Source: a bacterium
Lineage (GTDB): Bacteria > SAR324 > NAC60-12
DNA length: 64,000 nucleotides
Direction: 5' to 3'
NCBI GenBank assembly: GCA_965205865.1
Contig: CBDBHR010000023.1
Location: 64,001-128,000 of the forward strand
The notes beneath the pieces were generated by a model. It worked only from the letters and a program-made list of their open reading frames with translations, searched no databases and had not been told where the DNA came from. Positions 52,400-62,008 of this stretch are shown piece after piece. The stretch's first letter is position 1, and each line of letters opens with the position of its first letter. Position numbers and translations under genes: made by a program.

Positions 52400-52681
52400 C
52401 TAATGATAATCCGTAATTTTCACTTCATGCGCATGGCCTGTTTCCCACTTAAAACAGAGACGCCATTGTTGATTGATTCGTATGCTGTATTGCCCTTGGC
52501 GATCACCCATGAGAGGTTCCAGGTGATTAGCTGGAAAATTTTTAAGGTGCTCCAAGGTGGTTGCTTGATTCAACAAAATCAACTTTCTTAAAGCCCTCTT
52601 GTGAATTTCTCCTGGAAGCCGTTTCGAATGTTGACCCTCGAAGATTTTTTCCGTTTCCTAGTCTTTAAAAGATTGGATCAT
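52400..52681 (-). pseudogene. higB: HigB/RelE toxin with TAG at codon 8
   Basis: MIQSFKD*ETEKIF...RKL..L...GDRQGQYSIRINQQWRLCF.W...TDYH. Confidence 0.88.
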
Positions 52682-53399
52682 GATGACTCATATTTGGTAT
52701 CTCCTAAGAAATTATTACCCAAATTGAGTTGTATATCAAGAGAAAATACTGGTGGGACTAAATTGGGAGGCTAACGAAACACTACCCGGGCGTAGAAGGC
52801 GTAGCGAAATTTATCTTTTTTTCCTTCTGCATGTCATCCATCCTCACCCCCCTGACGTCCCCTCCAGGCCCCGTAAATCCTGCCCAAAACCAGAGAGTGT
52901 CGCAGCGCTATTTCAGGCATCACCCTACATTTTATCATCGGCCAGGGTCACTTCATGGTGGGCAAATCGCGACCGATCAGGTGACCGATTGCCATCAAGA
53001 AGTGGGATGCCGACGAGGTTATCCTCTCCGACCATAGGGGGAACTAGGCCATGGTTTCCAGGTCAAGGCATGAAAACGGAATGGAAACAGGGCAAAAAAA
53101 AAAGAACGGATAGGAACGCCTACCGGGAATTCCACAAATACTCAATTATATAAGTTGCTTGATGGCAAATCGCACCCGGCAATCCAACGCTTTTTGAAAA
53201 AAATGAGCCAAAAAAAAGTTTGACATCCTCCTCCTACTGTTTACTGGAGTCCTGCAGGATGGTTTGGAAAGGCGATAACATGAAAAAAATCACCTTCCTG
53301 AGCAATCTGGTGCTCATCCCCTCTGAATGACTCGTCAGTGGAAAGTTCTCGAGGGTCCTCCGAGAAGGCTTCCCGCTCGAGTGAGTGAAGAAGTTGGGG

Positions 53400-53790
53400 A
53401 GGGAGTCATGTTATGAAACCGCAAAAAATGAAACTTGTTGCCTCAGTCGTGAGGCTGATCCCGGCAGGCGCCTTGTCTGCCGCAAAAAACAGATTCGCTC
53501 CATGGTGGGGTGAATTATTTTCAGTTTCTTGTAAAGGAGTTCATATGTATTTGAAGAAACTTTAAGCCCCCGTCGTGGGGCTTATCGTGGCAGGCGTCGT
53601 GTCTGCTGTACAAAAACTTGTCCTCGCAAACTTGTCCCCGCGAAAGCGGGGAGCGGAGATCCGATTCGCCCCAGGGCGGGTGAATCATTCTCTTCACCCT
53701 CATTTGAAAGAGGTTACTATGGGTATTCTAAAGAAACTTGTCGCTTCCATCGCGGGGCTGAACCTGGCAGGCGCCTGGTCTGCTGCAAAA
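53400..53790 (+). repeat. Three degenerate tandem RBS plus signal-peptide-like units upstream of and within the SBP gene
   Basis: AAACTT..GC..C.GTCG.G.GGCT....GGCAGGCG.C..GTCTGC.G recurs at about 53430, 53557 and 53734; homologous to about 1990-2075 on the minus strand. Confidence 0.7.
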
Positions 53791-55554
53791 CTGCAATCAT
53801 TATTGCTCACCCTCACCCTGATGGTGACCACTTTCTGGGTCAGCCCGGCCGCAGCCCAGAAGTATGTAACCGACCCCACCACCGGCAAGGTAGTAACCGC
53901 ACTCGAGTATGGCGGGACATTAACCTATGCCTGGAATGGAAGAGTAAGCGAAAATGTAGACCCCTTTGCTGTTGGCTACGAAGCGGGCTGGCTCATAGCC
54001 GGTGTTAATGAGCAACTCGCCATCGGGGACTGGGCACTAGATAGGGAAGAATTTGAGTTTAAATCGGGTTACGTCCCTTTGTTTGCCTTTATAGGGTTTC
54101 TGGCGGAAAGCTGGGAAACGCCCGATCCACTGACTTACATCTTCCACATCCGTCAGGGCGTTCACTACGCCCTTAATCCGGAAAGTGAGGCCAGCCGCTT
54201 AGTAAACGGTCGTGAGCTAACTGCCGATGATGTCGAATACAACTTTCACCGTATGTTGGGTCTGGGCGAGTTCACCGAACGTCCCCTTAAGCCTTCTGCC
54301 ACTTTCAACCTGCCATGGGAATCGATAGACGCCACCGACAAATATACGGTTGTTATGAAGATGACGGAGCCATCCCTCGGTGCGCTAAGGACTATCATCA
54401 ACGAAGCTATGCACTTGATATTACCCCCCGAGGTCATCGAGCAATACGGAGACTATGCGGATTGGAGGAACGTGATCGGCACCGGACCCATGATGCTGAC
54501 TGACTACGTCGAAGGCGTCTCTAAGACCTGGACCAAGATTCCTGACTACTGGGGCTACGACACAAAATACCCGCAGAACCGCCTGCCCTATGTTGACGAG
54601 ATAAGGGCCCTCCTTATGGCAGAAGAAGCAACACGTATATCGGCAATGCGTACGGGTAAGGTTGATATACTACACCAGGCCGGCCTCTCTTCCATAGGAA
54701 CCGTCGACGTGGTAAGGAGCCTGCAGCGGACCAACCCCGAAATCGAGGTGGACAGTTTTTACATCCGGGCGTTTCAGGTCTTTGGTCTGAACATTCGCAA
54801 CGCGCCCTTTGACGACGTCAGGGTGCGCCACGCACTGCAGATGGCACTGGACCTCGAGACGATTAACGATACCTACTATGCCGGTTATGCAAGGTGGGAA
54901 GACCCCAGGTGGAGTGGCGGCAAGGGGTATTACACCCCATTTGAAGAGTGGCCTGAAGAGTTCAAGCAATACTACAGGTATGACCCGGAAGGTGCTGAGA
55001 AGCTTCTTGATGAGGCTGGACTTCCGCGCGGCGCGGACGGCGTTCGATTCAAGGTCGACTATCAGCACCGCGACGTCATAGATTTAGGCTATGCAGAAAT
55101 AGCTGTCGGCTACTTTGCTGCGATTGGCGTTGATGTAGAGATTAATATTCTTGACGGGGCGACTTGGTGGAGTAATAGAGGAGAACATAATTATGAGATG
55201 ACCACTGGCGACATGGCCTTTCCTGGGGATTCCTGGAGCATGAACGTTCATCGCGATGACAACCTAAATCTCCGCGAATACTTGGGCGGAGTCGAGACCT
55301 CTGTGCTGAACGCCGCCTCTGATGCCTTTTTCGCTGCTACCACCCTTGAGGAGCAGATGAATGCATCTAGAGAGTTTAATATGGACGTGATAAAGCAGCA
55401 CAATCAGATATGGGGCCCTCTGGCTCCACAGTTTCAGGTGAACCAGCCGTGGGTCATAGGTTTTAACGGTGAATACTCGATAGGAGTTATGCAGTATAAT
55501 ACCATCCTCGCCCGCCTCTGGATTGACCAGGAGTTGAAGGACAGGACCCAGTAA
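53719..55554 (+). CDS. Family-5 ABC solute-binding protein, intact
   Basis: GAGG RBS, signal peptide, VTDPTTGK..EYGG, LAESWE, GTGP, DVRVRHAL and RLWID. Confidence 0.9.
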   Translation: MGILKKLVASIAGLNLAGAWSAAKLQSLLLTLTLMVTTFWVSPAAAQKYVTDPTTGKVVTALEYGGTLTYAWNGRVSENVDPFAVGYEAGWLIAGVNEQLAIGDWALDREEFEFKSGYVPLFAFIGFLAESWETPDPLTYIFHIRQGVHYALNPESEASRLVNGRELTADDVEYNFHRMLGLGEFTERPLKPSATFNLPWESIDATDKYTVVMKMTEPSLGALRTIINEAMHLILPPEVIEQYGDYADWRNVIGTGPMMLTDYVEGVSKTWTKIPDYWGYDTKYPQNRLPYVDEIRALLMAEEATRISAMRTGKVDILHQAGLSSIGTVDVVRSLQRTNPEIEVDSFYIRAFQVFGLNIRNAPFDDVRVRHALQMALDLETINDTYYAGYARWEDPRWSGGKGYYTPFEEWPEEFKQYYRYDPEGAEKLLDEAGLPRGADGVRFKVDYQHRDVIDLGYAEIAVGYFAAIGVDVEINILDGATWWSNRGEHNYEMTTGDMAFPGDSWSMNVHRDDNLNLREYLGGVETSVLNAASDAFFAATTLEEQMNASREFNMDVIKQHNQIWGPLAPQFQVNQPWVIGFNGEYSIGVMQYNTILARLWIDQELKDRTQ

Positions 55555-55655
55555 CAGGTCGGCTGGAAGCATTTGTGGACCGGGCAGGACTGCCTGGTCC
55601 ACTCCAGGATATCCCGCGTTTCCCTGCCAATTTCAAAAATGATGAGGTCCGTCCC

Positions 55656-56612
55656 ATGAGTGCCTATCTCACCAGGCGGCTCTTGCTGCTCATCCCCACC
55701 CTGTTTCACTTGTCTGTCCTGGTCTTTCTCTCGGTGCGTTACCTGCCGGGCGACGTCATAGACGTCATAGCGGGTCGGTCGGAATTTACGGGGGGCAGGG
55801 TTGATCGTGAAGCTGTCGAGCGAAGGCTGGGACTGGACTTGCCGGTCTGGGTCCAGTATGGACGCTGGATAGGCGGGATCTTCCTGCGCGGCAGCCTGGG
55901 CGAATCCCTGATGGGGGGTTGGCCGGTAGAGGAGCGGCTCTTCGATCTTTTGCGCATCACCCTGGAACTGGGTGTCCTGGCCATCCTCATGGGGCTGGTT
56001 ATCGCGCTGCCCGTCGGCATTTACTCGGCAATTCGCCAGGATACGGTCGCGGACTACACGGGCCGCATCCTCGCGATTCTCGGCCTGGCCACACCGAACT
56101 TCTGGCTGGGCATTATGGTGATGATCTACCCGGCCATCTGGTGGGGCTGGTCGCCCCCGATGGAATTGGTGCCTTTTGCCGAAGACCCGTGGGGCCACCT
56201 GGGGATCCTGGTCATTCCCAGTCTGATTCTAGGGACGGCCCTCTCGGCCGGCACCATGCGCCTGACGCGCACCATGATGCTGGAGGTACTGCGGCAGGAC
56301 TATATCCGCACCGCCTGGGCCAAGGGGCTCCAGCAACAAACTGTCGTGCTGAGACACGCCATCAAAAATGCCCTCATCCCGGTCGTCACCCTGGTCGGCT
56401 TGCAGTTGCCTCTCGTGGTCGGGGACGCCATCATCATGGAGAATCTCTTCAATCTACTGGGCTTGGACCGTCTCCTGGTGGATGCCCTCCCGAACCGGGA
56501 TTACCCGGTGGTCTCCGGAGTCAACCTGTTTTTCGCCTGCATCGTTTTGTTGAACAACCTCTTCATCGACCTCCTTTATGCCTATTTGGACCCGAGGGTG
56601 AGGTATGTGTGA
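55656..56612 (+). CDS. DppB-like permease
   Basis: MSAYLTRRLL, PNFWLG, QDYIRTAWAKGL and DPRVRY; some non-conservative substitutions. Confidence 0.85.
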   Translation: MSAYLTRRLLLLIPTLFHLSVLVFLSVRYLPGDVIDVIAGRSEFTGGRVDREAVERRLGLDLPVWVQYGRWIGGIFLRGSLGESLMGGWPVEERLFDLLRITLELGVLAILMGLVIALPVGIYSAIRQDTVADYTGRILAILGLATPNFWLGIMVMIYPAIWWGWSPPMELVPFAEDPWGHLGILVIPSLILGTALSAGTMRLTRTMMLEVLRQDYIRTAWAKGLQQQTVVLRHAIKNALIPVVTLVGLQLPLVVGDAIIMENLFNLLGLDRLLVDALPNRDYPVVSGVNLFFACIVLLNNLFIDLLYAYLDPRVRYV

Positions 56613-56711
56613 AGGGGTTTAGGCTGAAGGGGGAAGGCTGTTAGGGCATCAGTCTAAACTTCAGTCCTCAGTCTAGTAGTACAGGTGTTACGGAGTAATT
56701 AACCCTTTCTG

Positions 56712-56787
56712 TGTCATCCCGGACTTGATCCGGGATCTGGGGAAAGTCGGTAAGCCCCCTGGATTCCTGGGCAAGCCAGGAATGACA
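56712..56787. repeat. TGTCA-tagged REP doublet (empty intron site)
   Basis: TGTCATCCCGGACTTGATCCGGGATC ... GGATTCCTGGGCAAGCCAGGAATGACA. Confidence 0.9.
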
Positions 56788-56928
56788 ATATTTATGCCTA
56801 TTTGGACCCGAGGGTGAGGTATGTGTGAAGGGGTTAGGCTGAAGGGGGAAGGCTGTTAGGGCATCAGTCTAAACTTCAGTCCTCATTCTAGTAGTACAGG
56901 TGTTACGGAGTAATTAACCCTTTCTGTG

Positions 56929-57742
56929 ATAGGGGTCAGGAAGGCATTTGCCTCCCTGCCGTCCGAACCGTGCGTGCGGTTCTCCCGCACACGGCTCTCC
57001 AGTCGTTGGTTTCCTCATCGGGATTGGCTCGCTACCCATCGGGCTTCTTTCATGCTGAAAAGTCCGAGTTGCGCGAAGAACACCTTGACTCCGTTACCCA
57101 GAGCCGCCAACATACGTTTGATCCATATCGTTGTTTCCACCCAACTCCAATGAGGAGAGGCTTCTGTTTCCAGGTTAGTCATCTCCGACACTTTGGAAAC
57201 TCTTTTTTCTTGAGGATCAACTTGATGAACTGCTCGTATCCAACTTCCTACCCCGCTTCCCTCTTCGGGATTTTGCTTCTCCCGCCTTTCATGAAGCCTG
57301 CCTGTCAATTCAGGTTCGTGTTTGTTTTCCCTGTTGGCCATCTGCTTTCCCGATGGTGTCACAATATCCTCACCTTGTTGACAGACACAACTCCATTACG
57401 GTACTATCAGGGTTCTGACTCCTCTACCTCTCACCAAAGGCAGAGGTCTCCCTGCTTCTCTCGCTTAACCTTCCTGATGTTCCGTCCCCAACCACGTTAT
57501 GCGCCTGACCCTCGTTTTATCCACCACCACAACGGGATCAGTGAGTTTCAGACTTCGCCACGAATGAGCAAGCTCGTCGCAAACATGCCGCCGAATCGGG
57601 TTCGTTCTCCTACGGACCACCATTTCGCCTCCGGTTGCTCCCCACCCCGCCTCATGGCGACGCAGTTACCTTCGACTACATGGCTGTGGTTTACCATGAC
57701 ACGGACTTTCACCGTGCTGATTAAGCGCCTTCCCAGGCGCAC
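56929..57742 (-). mobile_element. 814-nt group II intron (IIC-like) with the RT ORF almost wholly deleted
   Basis: 5' end GTGCGCCTGGGAAGGCGC, domain V GAGCCGTGTGCGGGAGAACCGCACGCACGGTTC and 3' end CCCCTAT. The residual ORF joins WSWVE..RMLAALGNGVK to FFAQLGLFSM. Confidence 0.9.
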
Positions 57743-57924
57743 TCATCCCGGACTTGATCCGGGATCTGGGGAAAGTCTGTAAGCCCCCTGGATTCCTGGG
57801 CAAGCCAGGAATGACAATAACGGGAATTGAGTTCTGAATTTAAGAGAATAGTGTGAGATTTGTCGGTCAACCAGCCTAAATACCTAATCTTCGGTCTTCA
57901 GCCTTCAGCCTAAATACCTAAACT

Positions 57925-58675
57925 ATGAACAACACCCAAGAGACACCATCCCCCATCAGTGAGCCCAAGCGACGGGGCCAGTTTGCAGATTTCTTCATCA
58001 GGCTTCTCAAGGAGAAACCCCTAGGGATGCTCGGCGGGGTGATCATCCTGCTCTTGATCGGGATCAGCCTCTTTGCCGATGCGCTGGCGCCTTATCCTTA
58101 TAATAAAATCCACTTGAGAGACCGGATGCAAGAGGCCTCGGCCCAGTATCTCCTCGGAACCGACCACGTCGGGCGGGACTTATTGAGCCGCCTGATCCAC
58201 GGGGCGCGAATTTCCTTAGGGGTCGGTCTGGCGGCAACCACGCTCAATGCGCTCGTCGCGCTGTTAGTTGGCGGCGTTTCCGGATTCCTGGGAAGAAAAC
58301 TGGACCTGGCCATGCAGCGCCTGGTCGATGGTCTCCGGAATCAACCTCTTTTTCGCCACCGGGGTAGTCCTGCTCAATCTCCTCATCGACCTGATTTATC
58401 CTTATCTGGACCCCAGGGTGCGGTATGAATAGTCGCTGGCACTCTGGCCGGAGCTTTGCCTGACGATGGTCGTTTTCAGCCTCAACATGTTCAGCGATGC
58501 CCTGCGAGATCTGCTCGATCCCCGGCTGCGGGGAGGTGAGGGTAGTTATGGCGCCAGGAAACGCAAACGAGGATTTCTGCACCGGGCTTTCCCTGTGCAT
58601 CGTCGTCTGGGGTACCAACATGTTCGGCGACTCGCTGAGAGACCTGCTCGACCCCAGCCTGAGAGGCGGTGTGGG
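57925..58675 (+). pseudogene. dppC/dppB/dppC mosaic pseudogene
   Basis: dppC 5' part to QRLVD (about 58330), a dppB 3' end (to about 58432), then two different dppC 3' ends. Confidence 0.85.
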
Positions 58676-58696
58676 TCGGTTTTGTTGTGGTTGGTT

Positions 58697-59485
58697 TCAG
58701 TCTTTTTTTTGTTTTTCAAGATAGCTCTGAATCTCTTCCTGAGAAATCCGTTTGAGGATCTCATCGGTCGAAAGCCCTTTCAGGCGATCATCGGTCGAAA
58801 GCCCTTTCAGGCGATCATCGATTGGAAGCACACCTAAATGATCACGCACATAATCTTTTTGAAAATCTTCCATCGTATAGGCCATTTCTAATCCTTCCAA
58901 GTGATAGTTCTCAAAGAGTTGATTTAATATCGTGCTGATTTTCCGGGTATGCCCACGGTATTGACGCGCGGCAAACTCCACTTCTCCGGGAATCCCACTG
59001 AATAAATGCCAAATCGTATTATGCTCCGCATGCGCGATCTCACTCAGTACAATCATCCGAATGAGATCACTCCCCCGCTGAATCTCATAGACTCCCTCTT
59101 GTATCGCCTGGAACTCAACCTGTGAAGCGAGTTTCTGTGGATAGCGGGAACTCACGCCATAAAGTTGAAATTCCTCTTCAGCTAACAGATCCTGGAACGA
59201 GGGACTGATCTGTTTGCGATAATTCACATAATGCCCGGTCAATTCTTTCAGGGCCCAATCGTCAAAGGGTTCTCTCAGGGATTTGTAACTGAGCAGATTA
59301 TATTTCCCTAGATTGTCCAAGCCATCCGGTAAGGTTTCGATCGGATTGCCTGTATCTTTCCTCAAAATGACGACATCTAGCAGCTGTTTTTTGAGAGATA
59401 GATCCTTTTCCAACTCTACAACCCAGGTGGAATCGGTAAAAAAATCGGTAAGCGCCAAGCCAAAGAGGCGATGCCAGTTTATCAT
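58697..59485 (-). CDS. Uncharacterised Rpn-like/PD-(D/E)XK-like protein with RLKGLS repeats
   Basis: WHRLFG, LDVVILRK, SYKS and MAYTMEDF, with DDRLKGLS twice. The family assignment is tentative. Confidence 0.7.
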   Translation of the reverse strand: MINWHRLFGLALTDFFTDSTWVVELEKDLSLKKQLLDVVILRKDTGNPIETLPDGLDNLGKYNLLSYKSLREPFDDWALKELTGHYVNYRKQISPSFQDLLAEEEFQLYGVSSRYPQKLASQVEFQAIQEGVYEIQRGSDLIRMIVLSEIAHAEHNTIWHLFSGIPGEVEFAARQYRGHTRKISTILNQLFENYHLEGLEMAYTMEDFQKDYVRDHLGVLPIDDRLKGLSTDDRLKGLSTDEILKRISQEEIQSYLEKQKKD

Positions 59486-59527
59486 TTTCCTTTCATCGGT
59501 TGCATGACAAAATATATTAGATTGTCA

Positions 59528-61223
59528 CCTAAATCCTGCAATTAGATGACAATCAAACATGGAAATGGTAATATACTCAAATAGTTAACACCAGAATCAA
59601 CATTTTAAGAGATCACCATTTCCATGAAAAACAAACGTAGCGCAAGATCGGCAAGAACGACAGCAAAAAACATCCATATCAGCCAGGGAGGCAGAGACCT
59701 GACCGCGCAAGCAGGCTTGATTCCGGTTGTCAAATTTTTTCACAAAGAAGGGATTGTTTCAAAGACAGAGCAGACCGTAGATCATCGGCGTGGCGCCACG
59801 GGTCTTTATGACGCAGTGGACATGGTCATTTTGTCGGTGGTCGGCATTGTTGGCGGCGCCCGTTCGATTCGTTCGATTGTGACAGTTTGGAACGACCGTG
59901 TTTTGAGTCGTGTGGCCGGTTGGCTGAGGATTCCGGATGAAACCACATTCGGCCGGATACTGCGTACTTTCACACAGAAAAACATCAATGAGATGGAGAG
60001 CTTGAACCATCGGATTCGAGCCGGTATCTGGCGTAAGGTGCTTCGAAGTGGGACAAGCATCGTTGGGGTGTTACACTGTCTTGTGATTGACGTGGACTCC
60101 ACTGTGAAAACGGCCTACGGCAAGCAGCAAGGAGTGTCTGTCGGATATAATCCACACAAACGCGGTGCAGCTTCGTATCATCCTCTGCTGGCATTTTGCG
60201 CAGAGACAAAGGAGATTCTTCAGGGTTGGCTTCGTGATGGGAGTGCCTATACCAGCAATGGAGTCGTTGAATTCATGCGGCAACTTCTTGCTCACCTTCC
60301 AAATCGGACTCGCATTCTGTTTCGTGGAGACAGTGGTTTTTTTGTGGGGGATTTGCTGGATTTCCTCGAAGAACGAGGCCATGGCTATCTGATCAAGGTC
60401 AAACTCAAGGGGCTTGTCTCGTTGTTGGAAACCCAAAAATGGCAAAAAGTGAAGGGGCAGCCCGCTTGGGAAGGGTGTGAGTTTTCCCACCAATGTAAAA
60501 CTTGGAGGAGGTCAAGAAAATTCATGGCCGTACGCAGGGAGAAAGAGGAGGAACTCAAAGGGATGGCCACCCTCTTTGAGATGAAGGAGTACGATTATTT
60601 TTGTTATGTTCTCACCGATGCGCTCACTCCCTGGCAGGCTCACAAAGAGTATGGCCAGAGGGCGGTCGCTGAGACATGGATTGAGGAAGCAAAAAATCAA
60701 ACTGCGCTGGCTCAGATTAAAACCGACGATTTTTGGGCCAACAGTGCCTTGTTCCAATGCGCGATACTCGCTTACAACACGCTGCGCTGGATGGCCCTTT
60801 GTAGTGGTAACGCAATACTGCGCCGTTGGGAACCGGCCACCATGCGCACCTATCTTGTCCGAATGGCAGGAAAATGGACGAGTGGCGCTCGTCAACAAAA
60901 ACTGAGAGTTCCGGAAAGAACACTTTACAATGCTCAATGGGATGCATGGGTCGCTGTTGGAGAGACCTAGATCCTTTGTTTCACTCCAGTGGAAACGTTT
61001 TGCTGAGATGTCGATCTCCAAATCGAGGGAGAAGTACGTCTTGAATCTTGTGCCCGCGAAAGCGGGTATCAGATCATCACAAAATATGACGATCAAATGG
61101 AGGGCGGAAAAACCTTTATGAGCAAGGACTGATGGAAATTCAACTCTCAAATCCTTTTTTTTAAAAAAACCTCTCAAAGAGTGAGGGGAAACTCAATCAA
61201 AATATTCAATTGCAGGATTTAGG
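59528..61223 (+). mobile_element. IS1380-family insertion sequence, complete
   Basis: Perfect 16-bp IRs CCTAAATCCTGCAATT and a 5-bp target duplication TGTCA. An empty paralogous site lies at about 46742-46746. Confidence 0.93.
59624..60970 (+). CDS. IS1380-family transposase
   Basis: LTAQAGL, IDVDSTV..YGKQQG, YHPL, LRDGSA, RGDSGF and Y.QR..AE..IEE.K. Confidence 0.93.
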   Translation: MKNKRSARSARTTAKNIHISQGGRDLTAQAGLIPVVKFFHKEGIVSKTEQTVDHRRGATGLYDAVDMVILSVVGIVGGARSIRSIVTVWNDRVLSRVAGWLRIPDETTFGRILRTFTQKNINEMESLNHRIRAGIWRKVLRSGTSIVGVLHCLVIDVDSTVKTAYGKQQGVSVGYNPHKRGAASYHPLLAFCAETKEILQGWLRDGSAYTSNGVVEFMRQLLAHLPNRTRILFRGDSGFFVGDLLDFLEERGHGYLIKVKLKGLVSLLETQKWQKVKGQPAWEGCEFSHQCKTWRRSRKFMAVRREKEEELKGMATLFEMKEYDYFCYVLTDALTPWQAHKEYGQRAVAETWIEEAKNQTALAQIKTDDFWANSALFQCAILAYNTLRWMALCSGNAILRRWEPATMRTYLVRMAGKWTSGARQQKLRVPERTLYNAQWDAWVAVGET

Positions 61224-61352
61224 TGTCATTCAATTATGCCAACCTATAGAAAAACGCACAAGTGCGAATTGTCTTTGAAAAGGAAATTCTTTTTCTCTAT
61301 TCCTCTTACTCTACGACCATTGACCTTTCCTTCCTACTCTTTCTCTACCCAA

Positions 61353-61992
61353 AGTTCAACGAGGACCAGCTGGGGAACCTCGGAGTGTTCCTCATTCCCA
61401 GCCTGATTCTGAGAACGGCCTCGGCGACTGCAACCATGCGGATGGGGGAAAGTGGACCTGGCCATGCAGCGCCTGGTCGATGCCTGGATCGCCTTTCCGG
61501 GACTGCTGTTGTTGTTGACCATCATGTCCATCGTGGGACAGGAGTTGCTCCAGATCATCATGGTGCTGGGGATCGCCGGTGGCGTCGAAGGCTCCCGAGT
61601 CGTGCGGGGCGCGGTGATCGCCATTAAAGAGAATGATTACTTTCTGGTGGCGAAAGCCCTGGGCAGTCCCCTGCCCACCACTCTGAGGCGGCATGTGCTG
61701 CCCAATATCATGCCGCCCCTCATCATCATCTTCTCCATCAACATTGGTGCCGTCATCATATCAGAGGCGGCGCTGAGTTTCCTCGGCTTCGGTCTGCCCC
61801 CGAACATTTCCAGTTGGGGAGGCATGCTCAGCCGCAAAGGACGTCTCTACATGGAGATAGCCCCCTGGCTGGCGCTCTGGCCCAGGCTATGCCTGACGAT
61901 GGTCGTTTTCAGCCTCAACATGTTCGGAGACGCCATGCGTGATCTGCTCGACCCCCGGCTGCGGGGCGGTGAGGGTAGCTACGGCGCCGTAA
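61353..61992 (+). pseudogene. dppB/dppC chimeric fragment
   Basis: dppB EDQLGNL..ATMRM is joined at about 61445 to dppC KVDLAMQRLVDAW...DPRLRGG. Confidence 0.85.
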
Positions 61993-62008
61993 AAATGGGG
62001 TCAGAAAT

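Larger units (their letters stand above)
56575..57819 (+). repeat. 216-bp tandem duplication, with copy 2 interrupted by an intron
   Basis: 56575-56790 is repeated as 56791-56928 plus 57743-57819. Confidence 0.9.

Noticed and set aside
43000-55554. Diversity-generating retroelement (SBP 3' fragments as template/variable repeats)
   Set aside because: Differences between copies are not confined to adenines, and the only RT sequences are broken group II intron proteins.
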